63,435 nucleotides of DNA, taken from Candidatus Magasanikbacteria bacterium CG11_big_fil_rev_8_21_14_0_20_39_34. Its GTDB lineage: Bacteria; Patescibacteriota; Patescibacteriia; Magasanikbacterales; UBA922. Location of the stretch: positions 4-63,438 of the forward strand of contig PCWN01000008.1 of assembly GCA_002787355.1 (NCBI GenBank). Direction: 5' to 3'. The stretch's first letter is position 1; every line of letters begins with the position of its first letter. A program made the translations under genes and the position numbers. The notes under the pieces were generated by a model that saw only the letters and a program-made list of their open reading frames with translations, made no database searches and was not told the DNA's origin. Shown here piece by piece: positions 47,137-56,416 of the stretch.

Positions 47137-48801
47137 TTAGTAGTTCAATAGAGAATCCCCCGTATTGATCGTTAAAACTGTGTGAATGTCAGGATTAAAG
47201 TTTGGATCAATCGTTTTAAGTCTATTCAATATTGCAATTCCTGAAGCACCACTTGGTTCAGCATCAATATTATTTTTTTTCAATTCATTCATTGCACTAC
47301 AAATTTCTTCATCAGTAACATGATAAACAGTATATTGAGTACGATGTCTTCCTTTTTTATCAATTGGTTCATGTCGTGTTAAAGCCTGCCCTTTGACGAA
47401 TAACTCTTCTGTGTCTACCCATATTGGTCCATAGAGCATTACTGCAATAGTATTTGGGTCACCACTACTCACTGGAATAACTTTTGTTTTCAGCTTATGT
47501 TCATCTACATAATCAATCACTTCATTACACAAGATCCCTGCTCCAAAGGGCACAATAACATAGTCTGGGGAAAAACGAAGTTGTTGTTCAATGGCTTCAA
47601 TAATAATATTAACATAGGCTGGACGATTTAACCCTTCTGTAATATCTACAAATTCACCAATTACTTTTTTATGTTTTTTTGCTAAATTTTCAATGTCTTT
47701 GGATCGGTAAATTTTCTTGCTAAGATCAATGGGAACAATTTCACAGGTGTCATGTAAATGGCCTATCACTTCTTTTGCTGTTACGACGGAACTACTTGTA
47801 TCTGGACCAAAAGTTTTCTTTTCGAGTTTTGGAGGGATAAATGCCACAGCCCGTGAAACTTCATATCCAGCCATTTCATTTAGAAGCGATACATAATATC
47901 CCATTGATCTTGCTGTATTTCCATAGGAAATTGATCCAAATGTAATAGGCTTTGGAATTTTTCCTTGTCTAATTTCTTCCAACAGAGGACGAATCATTTC
48001 ATATGCGAGCCTGTCTTTGAAGGTGTGCGTTGGATTTTTACTTTCATCTTTGATCAAAAGATTTTTTATACCATAAATTGTCTCTCTTGGTACGATAATG
48101 GGAGTATTCCCAGGTTTTACGACTTTTTCAGCTTGCTGAAGTTCATAGATGAGAGCTGCATCCCAAGTAGAAAGAAAAAACTCTTGATATCTTTCACAAA
48201 TTACTCCTGATTTTGTTTGAATAGCAATTGGGTGTTTTCCCCAAACCAATGTAATAACCCTATCTTTCAAGATTATCATACCCGTGGGTACATCTTTGTC
48301 TGTAAATCTGAATTTTAGTGTCTGTAAACTCAGATTCTGGTAGGTCTTTTCAATGACATCTTTTACCGATATTGACGCAATAGAACGATCATCCACACCA
48401 CGTTTGCCAATAGAATGATGAAAATCAAATAAAAATTGTCCAAGTTCTGAATCGTAGTACTCATTTTTAAAAGCAAATGACCAATAAAAATCATTGGCCT
48501 CAAGTGAACTTTCAATTTCCTTAAACATTGTACGAAAAGAACTGTGACCACTAAAAACAGTAACGAGTTTACTTCCTGCACTATCTAATATCTCGTCCTT
48601 TCTTTTAATTGAATAATACACACCTCGTCCTTGACCATGACGATAAACTAGACCAAGACTAAGTAGCTTTTGGAGAATCTGCTTGGCGGTAGGACGCGGC
48701 AAGCTTAATCTTTTTGAAATTTCTGCTACAGTGCCATTATCCTGAGTTTCTAGCAATTTCAAGACATTCTGTTGGTTAAGGGAAAATACATGATTATGCA
48801 T
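47137..48801 (-). CDS. TrmB-like regulator fused to a fold-type II PLP enzyme (threonine/cysteine synthase-like)
   Basis: N-terminal wHTH and TrmB middle domain; PGNTPI, KDESKNPTHTFKDR (Schiff-base Lys), SYGNT, VPFGAG, AEPSGASG. Confidence 0.8.
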   Translation of the reverse strand: MHNHVFSLNQQNVLKLLETQDNGTVAEISKRLSLPRPTAKQILQKLLSLGLVYRHGQGRGVYYSIKRKDEILDSAGSKLVTVFSGHSSFRTMFKEIESSLEANDFYWSFAFKNEYYDSELGQFLFDFHHSIGKRGVDDRSIASISVKDVIEKTYQNLSLQTLKFRFTDKDVPTGMIILKDRVITLVWGKHPIAIQTKSGVICERYQEFFLSTWDAALIYELQQAEKVVKPGNTPIIVPRETIYGIKNLLIKDESKNPTHTFKDRLAYEMIRPLLEEIRQGKIPKPITFGSISYGNTARSMGYYVSLLNEMAGYEVSRAVAFIPPKLEKKTFGPDTSSSVVTAKEVIGHLHDTCEIVPIDLSKKIYRSKDIENLAKKHKKVIGEFVDITEGLNRPAYVNIIIEAIEQQLRFSPDYVIVPFGAGILCNEVIDYVDEHKLKTKVIPVSSGDPNTIAVMLYGPIWVDTEELFVKGQALTRHEPIDKKGRHRTQYTVYHVTDEEICSAMNELKKNNIDAEPSGASGIAILNRLKTIDPNFNPDIHTVLTINTGDSLLNY

Positions 48802-48833
48802 ATAAAATATCTGTTTATATACGATTATATCCA

Positions 48834-48862
48834 ATTATATACACTTATACCGATTTTGTCAA
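48834..48862 (-). promoter_or_regulatory. Consensus sigma70 promoter of the cassette 1 gene
   Basis: TTGACA, 17 bp, TATAAT on the minus strand. Confidence 0.85.
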
Positions 48863-48930
48863 GACCTTAGATGAACTTATGAACATAATGAACTTTCCAG
48901 AAGTGGTAATAAGCTACTAAATCCCCTATT

Positions 48931-49065
48931 CCCAGTTCTAACATCCTCCGTTACTCGGCTCAATATTTTTGAGAAAAAAAATCGCTGTAATAAGCGGTTT
49001 TTGTTTTTTGCATTGTTGTACCGTTTACCGAGGTTTGAACTGATTCATTATTTTGATATACTCTA
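48931..49065 (+). repeat. attR-like site 1: EDVRT-coding arm plus tRNA-Thr downstream unit, copy 2
   Basis: CCCAGTTCTAACATCCTCCGTTACT-CGGCTCAATATTTT, terminator, TTGAAC-16-TATACT with TGn. Minus strand reads SRVTEDVRT. Confidence 0.85.
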
Positions 49066-49084
49066 TTACAAATAACCTATACCT

Positions 49085-49780
49085 ATGAACGACACCTTTA
49101 CTATTGAGAAAATGGGGAAATTTCAAGTGGTGCGTGATGATCTCTACCAGGGAGGCACGAAGAGACGAGCTTTCAAAAAACTCATAAGCACTATACAAGA
49201 AGAAGAACTTGTATATGCTTGTGACTACTATGGACATGCTGCCTACGCCATTGCTCTTACTGCACAAGAAGTAAATAAGAAGGTCACCCTTTTTTACCTG
49301 TCACCCAAAAAAGACACCGATATTTTTCAAAAGACAGTAGAAATGCCAAATGTGACCTACCATATCGTTGCAGACGCAGATACGCAAATCGAAGCGAGCA
49401 AAACTGCCATGGAATATGCCAAGCAGCATAATGCCCTTTTTTTACCAATAGGTCTTGACTTTCCTGCATTTGAATCAAAACTTACCGAAGTCGTTAAAGA
49501 AGCAAACATTCATGCCCCTGAAATTTGGTGCATGGGAGGATCTGGGACACTAAGTCGAGCACTCAAAAATGCTTATCCAGAAACACCCGTACATGTTGTA
49601 AGCGTTGGCACCGCGAACTTTTTTGGTGGTGGTAATACCGTGTATAATGCTCCTGAAAATCTGGATGAAGAAGCACAAAACAAACCTCCCTATCCATCCA
49701 GCGCGCACTATGATGCAAAAACCTGGCAGTTTGTTGAAAAACATGCAAAAAATGGAGCTTGTATTTGGAATGTAGCGTAA
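49085..49780 (+). CDS. Compact fold-type II PLP-dependent enzyme (ACC deaminase/D-cysteine desulfhydrase-like)
   Basis: VRDDLYQGGTKRR, WCMGGSGTLSRAL, YDAKTW. Confidence 0.7.
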   Translation: MNDTFTIEKMGKFQVVRDDLYQGGTKRRAFKKLISTIQEEELVYACDYYGHAAYAIALTAQEVNKKVTLFYLSPKKDTDIFQKTVEMPNVTYHIVADADTQIEASKTAMEYAKQHNALFLPIGLDFPAFESKLTEVVKEANIHAPEIWCMGGSGTLSRALKNAYPETPVHVVSVGTANFFGGGNTVYNAPENLDEEAQNKPPYPSSAHYDAKTWQFVEKHAKNGACIWNVA

Positions 49781-49984
49781 ACTTACCAACCAATATAGTT
49801 GATCATTTACTCAAAACTGTTTTTTATGCTACTCGGACTCAGACGCGGGACCGTACAACTGAATTAATACTCCGACCAATGGCCGAAGTTTTTTAAAATT
49901 GAATGAAAAAAAATGAGATAAAAAAAGTGCTCGGAGATCAAACCTCAGACATTGAGCACATAGAATCTACTACTCTCAGGAAGA

Positions 49985-50710
49985 CTATTCTTTGTTGGAT
50001 CTAATGTAATCCTTAAGTTGTTTCACTTGTTCACCAACAAAGTCTGGTAGTTGATCCAGCCTGCCACCACCTTCAACATGCCGTACGATTTCTTGATGAA
50101 CCCTACGCGCCATATCATGGGCATCTGGGTCTGTTTGAGGATCGATTGACAAAGGATATACAACCTCAGCTCCCTGATCCTGATAACTCCTCAATAGCGC
50201 TGCATCATTTTCATTCGTAGCTAAAAATGATTTTTCTCCTTCAGAAAAATTCGAATGAACTACAATTCTATCTGCTCTTTGAATTTCTGGCGGAATACTT
50301 ACAAGAACATCATATTCATCAACATCAAGAACGCTCTCCATTTTGTCACCTAGCCTACGACCTGGCTTTTTATAGTCAGGTACTCCTTCCGTAGTAATAC
50401 GTATACCTTCTCCTCCAATATCAGAACCGCGAACCACGTACGTTGACACCACATCAACAAAAAATAATTCTCCTTTAGAATTCCTAACAAATCCTCTAAA
50501 ATCGCCAGTGCTGGACTGGGGAATAAGATCGCCATCTTCACGATCTCTTCTGAAGATATCGTGGTATTCTTCCTCTGTAACAACCGGAAATCCGTGTCTA
50601 GTTTCTCTTTGTACGAACTCTGTACCTTGTCCTGACCCATGCTCTAAACATGGAGATGCCTTTCCACATTGGGAACAATGACCAGTTTCGTGTGCTTTAC
50701 CTTCTTTCAT
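49985..50710 (-). CDS. Hypothetical protein with an N-terminal CxxC-x5-CxxH motif
   Basis: HCSQCGKASPCLEH; has its own consensus promoter. Confidence 0.65.
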   Translation of the reverse strand: MKEGKAHETGHCSQCGKASPCLEHGSGQGTEFVQRETRHGFPVVTEEEYHDIFRRDREDGDLIPQSSTGDFRGFVRNSKGELFFVDVVSTYVVRGSDIGGEGIRITTEGVPDYKKPGRRLGDKMESVLDVDEYDVLVSIPPEIQRADRIVVHSNFSEGEKSFLATNENDAALLRSYQDQGAEVVYPLSIDPQTDPDAHDMARRVHQEIVRHVEGGGRLDQLPDFVGEQVKQLKDYIRSNKE

Positions 50711-50740
50711 ACTATTACATTTAAAATTAACATCAATTTT

Positions 50741-50769
50741 ATTATATATCTGGACTTTTTTTTTGTCAA
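50741..50769 (-). promoter_or_regulatory. Consensus sigma70 promoter
   Basis: TTGACA, 17 bp, TATAAT on the minus strand. Confidence 0.85.
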
Positions 50770-50799
50770 AAAATATCTTTCCTTAGACACCTCCACAAT

Positions 50800-50935
50800 T
50801 CCAAATTCTGACATATTCATCACCCGAATCCTTTTTTCAAATTAAAAAATCGCTGCAATAAGCGATTTTTGTTTTTAGCTTATTGTATCCTTGACCCAAA
50901 TTTGAACTGATTCATTATTTTGCTATACTCTACTA
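50800..50935 (+). repeat. attR-like site 2 (degenerate) plus tRNA-Thr downstream unit, copy 3
   Basis: AATTCTGACATATTCATCACCCGAAT, then AAAAATCGCT-gcaata-AGCGATTTTTGTTTTT and TTTGAACTGATTCATTATTTTGCTATACT. Minus strand reads EYVRI. Confidence 0.75.
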
Positions 50936-50952
50936 AAACATAATATTCTTCT

Positions 50953-51558
50953 ATGGAAGCAAAACGAATAACAATCTTTGGTGATAGTATCACCTGGGGG
51001 AAAGCCGATAATGAATTTGGAGGTTGGGTGAACCGGTTGAGGTGTTATTGTGATGAAATGTACAACTACGATGTAGAAATTTACAATGTTGGGGTATCTG
51101 GAGATACGACTGACGATATCCTTCAAAGGTTTGATGGAGAAGCTACAGCAAGAAATAGAAAACCACAACGTTTTGTATTTGCTATTGGAATAAATGATTC
51201 GTACTATGATAATACTGAAGAAAATCCAAAGGTCCCCATAAAACGTTTTGAAAAGAATCTACAAAAAATCATAGCAAAAGCAAAAAATTTCTCCAAAAAT
51301 ATAGTATTCATTGGCGCAACGAATGTTGATGAGTCTCAAATGCCACGAAAGGGAGTAAAAATTTGGAAAAATGATAGAATTCAAAAATACAATGAAATAA
51401 TTAAAAAAGTCTGCGATGAGAATGGTATTCCATTTTTGGAACTCTTTGGCATTATTGATCATGCTGAGCTTCCAGACGGACTGCATCCAAACGCAAAAGG
51501 CCATGAAAAAATGTTTCAAAAGATAAAAGGCTTTTTACAAAAAGAAAAAATTATTTAA
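50953..51558 (+). CDS. SGNH/GDSL hydrolase
   Basis: FGDSITWG, NVGVSGD, IGIND, DGLHPN. Confidence 0.92.
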   Translation: MEAKRITIFGDSITWGKADNEFGGWVNRLRCYCDEMYNYDVEIYNVGVSGDTTDDILQRFDGEATARNRKPQRFVFAIGINDSYYDNTEENPKVPIKRFEKNLQKIIAKAKNFSKNIVFIGATNVDESQMPRKGVKIWKNDRIQKYNEIIKKVCDENGIPFLELFGIIDHAELPDGLHPNAKGHEKMFQKIKGFLQKEKII

Positions 51559-51561
51559 AAT

Positions 51562-52008
51562 ATGAAAATAGCTATCTGTGGAAGTATCCAATTTACCCAC
51601 AAAATGAAAGAAATAGCAGATGAATTGATCAAGCTAGGTCATGAAATTGAATTACCGCTTACCTCCCAGCGCATATTGAGTGGTCAAATTTCTATGGAAG
51701 AGTTTGAACAGGAAAGTGAGAAAAAAGAGAGAAAAATACAAGATGATGTAATCAAACGATATTACAATATCATACATGATAGTGATGCCGTACTTATAGT
51801 GAATCCTGAAAAGAAAAAAACTCCCAACTATATTGGTGGAAATACGTTTCTCGAAATGGGGTTTGCTCACGTCCTTGGGAAACATATTTATATCCTCAAC
51901 GATATTCCAACTATGTTGTATACAGATGAAATACAGGCTATGAAACCCATAATTTTAGAAGGGAACCTCTCTAAAATACAACACTCGGGTCAACCTATTG
52001 CCAAATAA
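51562..52008 (+). CDS. Nucleoside 2-deoxyribosyltransferase-like protein
   Basis: MKIAICGS, SDAVLIVN, YIGGNTFLEMGFA. Confidence 0.65.
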   Translation: MKIAICGSIQFTHKMKEIADELIKLGHEIELPLTSQRILSGQISMEEFEQESEKKERKIQDDVIKRYYNIIHDSDAVLIVNPEKKKTPNYIGGNTFLEMGFAHVLGKHIYILNDIPTMLYTDEIQAMKPIILEGNLSKIQHSGQPIAK

Positions 52009-52049
52009 AATCATCCTCTGTAATATATGTCCATAAAACATATATACCT

Positions 52050-53054
52050 ATGAAACCACATATTCTTCTTATCTTTGCAGGAGGAACCATTGGTATGGTC
52101 CCCAATAAAGATACCGGTGCCCTCCAGCCCGCGGAGTCTGCCTTGGAACTTATGAAACAAATCCCAGAACTTGAGGAAATTGCCACACTTGATATTGAAG
52201 TGGTTGCAAATATTGATAGTTCCAATATGACACCGGAGCACTGGGTGAAAATTTCACATACCATCAATGACAACTATTCAAAATATGATGGGTTTGTCGT
52301 AGCTCAAGGAAGTGACACTATGGCATACACGGCAAGTGCCCTTTCTTTTGCCCTCCAAGGACTTGGAAAACCCGTTATATTTACCGGATCACTTATTCCT
52401 CTGCAAAAAGCAGGATCGGATGCAAGAAACAATCTAGTTTATGCCTGCATGACGGCGGCTCTTGATTTAGCAGAAGTCTGTATTGTGCTTTCCCACACCA
52501 TTTTGCGTGGAAACCGAGCAAAAAAACATCATGAGTCATTTGTGGCAGCCTTTCACTCCCCTAACTTTCCCAACTTAGGAGAATTAGGACGGCCTATTAC
52601 TCTTCATAGTTGGCGTAACAAAAGAAATAATAGTTCCCCACTCACACTGCACGCAGATTTTGATGAAAATATTGCCGTCATCCGACTCTTTCCAGGATTT
52701 CCGCCAAAAATTATTGATTCTATTGTGGCACAAGGAACCCATGCACTTATCATAGAGGGATTTGGTCCAGGGAATGTCCCATTTCTTAATACCTCTATTA
52801 TCCCCTCTATCCAAAAGGCTATTTCACATGGGATTCCCGTCATCATAAGTAACCAAATGGAGGAAGGAACTACCAATCTCCATGCCTATGAAGCAGGTCT
52901 AGAAGCTCAAAAAGCGGGTGCTATCTCTTCTGGTGACATGACTATTGAGGCCACTATAACCAAAACCATGTGGGCATTGGCAAATAGTGATAAAAGTATT
53001 AAATCTATAAAAGCTATTCTTGAAAAGGATATATCTGGAGAGTTAAGCGAATAA
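52050..53054 (+). CDS. ansA: Type I (cytoplasmic) L-asparaginase
   Basis: AGGTIGM, NIDSSN, QGSDTMAY, TGSLIP, SDARNN, DMTIEA. Confidence 0.9.
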   Translation: MKPHILLIFAGGTIGMVPNKDTGALQPAESALELMKQIPELEEIATLDIEVVANIDSSNMTPEHWVKISHTINDNYSKYDGFVVAQGSDTMAYTASALSFALQGLGKPVIFTGSLIPLQKAGSDARNNLVYACMTAALDLAEVCIVLSHTILRGNRAKKHHESFVAAFHSPNFPNLGELGRPITLHSWRNKRNNSSPLTLHADFDENIAVIRLFPGFPPKIIDSIVAQGTHALIIEGFGPGNVPFLNTSIIPSIQKAISHGIPVIISNQMEEGTTNLHAYEAGLEAQKAGAISSGDMTIEATITKTMWALANSDKSIKSIKAILEKDISGELSE

Positions 53055-53073
53055 TTCAACAGAAAAATAAAAT

Positions 53074-54339
53074 ATGTCCTTTAACCTTGGACAACTCCCC
53101 TTTTATACTCCAAAGCAAGTATATGCGCATCCTTTGCTTAATTTTGAAATAGAAAAAACCCCGGTAGATACATGGATTGAAAAACATATCTATGAAAATA
53201 GCCACCACATCAAAGAAATAGTTTTCTCAATTGACCATATCTCATCTAAGGTTATACCTTGGTGCGTAAAATATGAAATTGGCAATATTGTTATTCATGA
53301 ACATGAAAACCCAATTGCCCATCTCTGTGTTACTCCATGTGGAGGTATCCATCTAACGATTCTTCCTGACTGTTATTCAAACGATAGAGAAAAAAAACTT
53401 ATAGAGAAAATTCAACCCACAACATTAAGCATTGCACAACCAACCAGAGAACTTTGGGAGAACCTTCAGCAACAAGATTACCTCCTTCGCACAGAAATGG
53501 TGCGTTGGTATGCAAAAGTTGGATCTGCACATAACCCATGGGAATATTTGCCGTCCAAACGGGCAAAAAAAGTTCGCTATTACGTTAAAAAATCAGAAGG
53601 GTATCACTTTGAAGTCCTTCCCATGACTGTAGAAAATTTTTCTGCCTGGCTTCCCATATATGAGCAAGAAGTTGCAGAACGACCAAATGGTTTTTCTATT
53701 TTTTATCCAAAAATTTTTCTTTCTGCCAATAAGCTCAAAGATATGAAAATGATTCATATTTTTGATAATGAAAAACAACTTGTTGGTGGCGCCGTGGTAA
53801 ATACCTGGGGAGGGTTTGGAGACATTGGTACACAACCAAGAAAATATACATCTTTTCTTCTCCAAGCATATAAAAAAGACTATAGAAATAGTGCCCTTGC
53901 GTACCGTCTTGCAGAAGAAGTTATGTCTATTGCCAGAAGCTATGGGGATAAAATTTACGGCTATGGTGGAGATTTTAATTTTTGGGGTGAAACCATTCAA
54001 CCGGGTCTTCTATCTCACAAATCAATCTTAGGGATGCTCCCACTTCCTGAGTTACAAGTAGAAGCGTTCCGAATTATTAATCAAAAAATGCTTCAATCAT
54101 ATTCAAAACAAGGCCTCTATATTCTTGCCCTCCAGGAGAACCATAGCCTCGTCCAAAAATATTTCAAACAAAGAGAAACAGATCTTGTATATAATTTTGC
54201 TACACTCTATGCACCTCCATATAAAGACCTGGATATTTTAGATGAAGTCCCAAAAATTTGGACCGCATATCATTTTGACCAAAAGCATTCCTCCTCTATC
54301 TCTCTTCCGCAACACATTCAATGTATTGAAATAAATTAA
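53074..54339 (+). CDS. Hypothetical protein, possibly GNAT/FemAB-like
   Basis: EYLPSKRAKKVRYY; QLVGGAVV; YGYGGD.N......GLLSHK..LG pattern. Confidence 0.5.
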   Translation: MSFNLGQLPFYTPKQVYAHPLLNFEIEKTPVDTWIEKHIYENSHHIKEIVFSIDHISSKVIPWCVKYEIGNIVIHEHENPIAHLCVTPCGGIHLTILPDCYSNDREKKLIEKIQPTTLSIAQPTRELWENLQQQDYLLRTEMVRWYAKVGSAHNPWEYLPSKRAKKVRYYVKKSEGYHFEVLPMTVENFSAWLPIYEQEVAERPNGFSIFYPKIFLSANKLKDMKMIHIFDNEKQLVGGAVVNTWGGFGDIGTQPRKYTSFLLQAYKKDYRNSALAYRLAEEVMSIARSYGDKIYGYGGDFNFWGETIQPGLLSHKSILGMLPLPELQVEAFRIINQKMLQSYSKQGLYILALQENHSLVQKYFKQRETDLVYNFATLYAPPYKDLDILDEVPKIWTAYHFDQKHSSSISLPQHIQCIEIN

Positions 54340-54346
54340 AATACCC

Positions 54347-55132
54347 ATGAAAAATACACCTTCCAAAAATACAGTTTTCTTCCCGGACACACAAGGAAAT
54401 TCTCTATGCGCTATTTTATCAGAACCAAAAGAAAATGAGCTCTCCCCCATTGTCATTCTTTGTCACGGATTTACCACATCAAAAGATTCCACCAAAAATC
54501 AAACTTTTGAAAAACTATTTAATGCATGCAATATCGCCACCATCCGAATTGATTTTTTTGGCCATGGAGAAAGTGATGGGAATTTTGAAGAAATTACACT
54601 CTCCAAGGCAAAAGATGATATTTTAAGTACCATACAAGATCTTACAAAAATAGGATATACAAAAATTGGGTTAGTTGGTTCCAGCTTTGGTGGAATGTCA
54701 AGTATACTTGCTTGCGCACAAACAGATGCGCTTTGCTGTCTTGCACTCACTTCCCCGGTATCAAACTATCATGATAAACATCTTCAAGATTATACAAAAC
54801 AAGAATTACTGGATTGGAAAAACAAAGGATATATCATTTATGAAAATGGAAAGGGTGAAAAAATGAGGCTGAACTATACTTTTTTTCTTGATGCCATTAT
54901 TAATGATGGATATGTAAGTGCAAAGGATATAAAAGTCCCTACATTAATTGTACATGGAGAAAAAGATACGGTTGTCCCTATAGAACAAAGCAGAAAACTC
55001 GTTACTCTCTTGCAAGCAGGAAAACTCATAGAAGTTTCTGGTGAAGGACACAAATACAAAACTCCAGAAAATTTTGAAAAAATGATTGATCTTATTTTTC
55101 AATTTACGAAAGAAAGGTTACTTAACCTCTAG
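54347..55132 (+). CDS. Alpha/beta hydrolase
   Basis: CHGF, DFFGHGESDG, GSSFGG nucleophile elbow, HGEKD, GH. Confidence 0.92.
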   Translation: MKNTPSKNTVFFPDTQGNSLCAILSEPKENELSPIVILCHGFTTSKDSTKNQTFEKLFNACNIATIRIDFFGHGESDGNFEEITLSKAKDDILSTIQDLTKIGYTKIGLVGSSFGGMSSILACAQTDALCCLALTSPVSNYHDKHLQDYTKQELLDWKNKGYIIYENGKGEKMRLNYTFFLDAIINDGYVSAKDIKVPTLIVHGEKDTVVPIEQSRKLVTLLQAGKLIEVSGEGHKYKTPENFEKMIDLIFQFTKERLLNL

Positions 55133-55142
55133 AATTACATGT

Positions 55143-56075
55143 ATGGAAAAAATAGAAATTAAGTCTTCTTCTATCCATGGAAAAGGTATTTTTGCAAAAG
55201 ACAAAATAAAAAAGGGGGAAACGATATTCCATGTACGAGGAGCTACCATTAAATATCCCTTTGTTCCTGACTGGCGAATTGGGCAAGACTGGCTCAACAT
55301 TGGTCCCAATACATGGAAAATTGCTTATCGTAATAACCCATGGCCATATATCAACCACTCTTGTGAACCCAATGCAGGACTATTTGGAAAAACCAAAGTT
55401 GTAGCGATGCACCCTATTGATATTGGAAGTGAAATAAATATAGATTATTCCTGTACGGAGGGGTCCACAAGCAAATGGAAAATGAAATGTAACTGTCGCA
55501 AAAAACAATGTAGAAAAATTATCCGTTCTATACAATTCCTTCCCAAAAAACTTTTTATTAAATACAAAAAATTTATTCCTTTATTTTTACAGAAAGAATA
55601 TTTGGCACAAAAGGTATACGAAGATAAAATGAACAATGGAAAAAATGCTCTTTTTGCCAAAGAAAAAATAAAAAAGGGAGAAATAGTATTCAAAGTGAAA
55701 GGTCCCATAATTCACTATCCAAAACCACCAAAATCTGAAATTGGATTCAGATGGCTGGGAATTGAAAAAAATACTTGGCTTATTCCAAAACGAGACAACC
55801 CTTGGTATGTAATGTGTCATTCTTGTGAACCTAATGTTGGATTACAAAATCGAACCAATGTCGTAGCCATGCGAACAATTTTTCCTCATCAGGAGATAAC
55901 CATTGATGACTCTATTACAGAAGCTGATTTGAACTGGAAAGTAACCTGTTCTTGTCATTCAAAAAACTGTAGGAAAGAAATACGATCTATCCAATATCTT
56001 CCTCAAAAGCTATATAAAAAATACCAACCATTTATTCCAAAATTTTTTCAAAATACCTATAAAAAAGGAATCTGA
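55143..56075 (+). CDS. Tandem SET/post-SET protein-lysine methyltransferase
   Basis: HGKGIFA, YINHSCEPN, EINIDY, CNCRKKQCR; second copy MCHSCEPN, EITIDD, CSCHSKNCR. Confidence 0.88.
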   Translation: MEKIEIKSSSIHGKGIFAKDKIKKGETIFHVRGATIKYPFVPDWRIGQDWLNIGPNTWKIAYRNNPWPYINHSCEPNAGLFGKTKVVAMHPIDIGSEINIDYSCTEGSTSKWKMKCNCRKKQCRKIIRSIQFLPKKLFIKYKKFIPLFLQKEYLAQKVYEDKMNNGKNALFAKEKIKKGEIVFKVKGPIIHYPKPPKSEIGFRWLGIEKNTWLIPKRDNPWYVMCHSCEPNVGLQNRTNVVAMRTIFPHQEITIDDSITEADLNWKVTCSCHSKNCRKEIRSIQYLPQKLYKKYQPFIPKFFQNTYKKGI

Positions 56076-56278
56076 ACAGTCATTTGATGATGATTTCAAC
56101 TTTGGAATAACTTTTCAAACAATCACTAAAAAAATCCCGTAGAATATTCCCCTACAGAAGCAGCCATCTAAAATAATACCCTAGTAAATCAAAATATAGC
56201 TCAATAAAGAGGTTTTTGTCCCAATTCTTATCAAAAAGCCCCATATAGGACAAAAGCCATACCCTGTGTTATCCCCCC

Positions 56279-56307
56279 TTGAAAAAAATAACCGACTATG
56301 CTATACT
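56279..56307 (+). promoter_or_regulatory. Promoter of the cold-shock gene
   Basis: TTGAAA, 17 bp, TATACT with TGn, about 110 bp before the ATG. Confidence 0.65.
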
Positions 56308-56416
56308 TACCCCACTATCATAGATACGTGTATTTGTGCTAGGATAGTTTGACTGGATAGAGTCGTCGAGTATTCCTTTTGAACTATAAGTTATCTATTT
56401 AAATGCCATTTTCAAT

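Noticed and set aside
46944-47168. 74-aa ORF
   Set aside because: Overlaps tRNA-Thr and its terminator; spurious.
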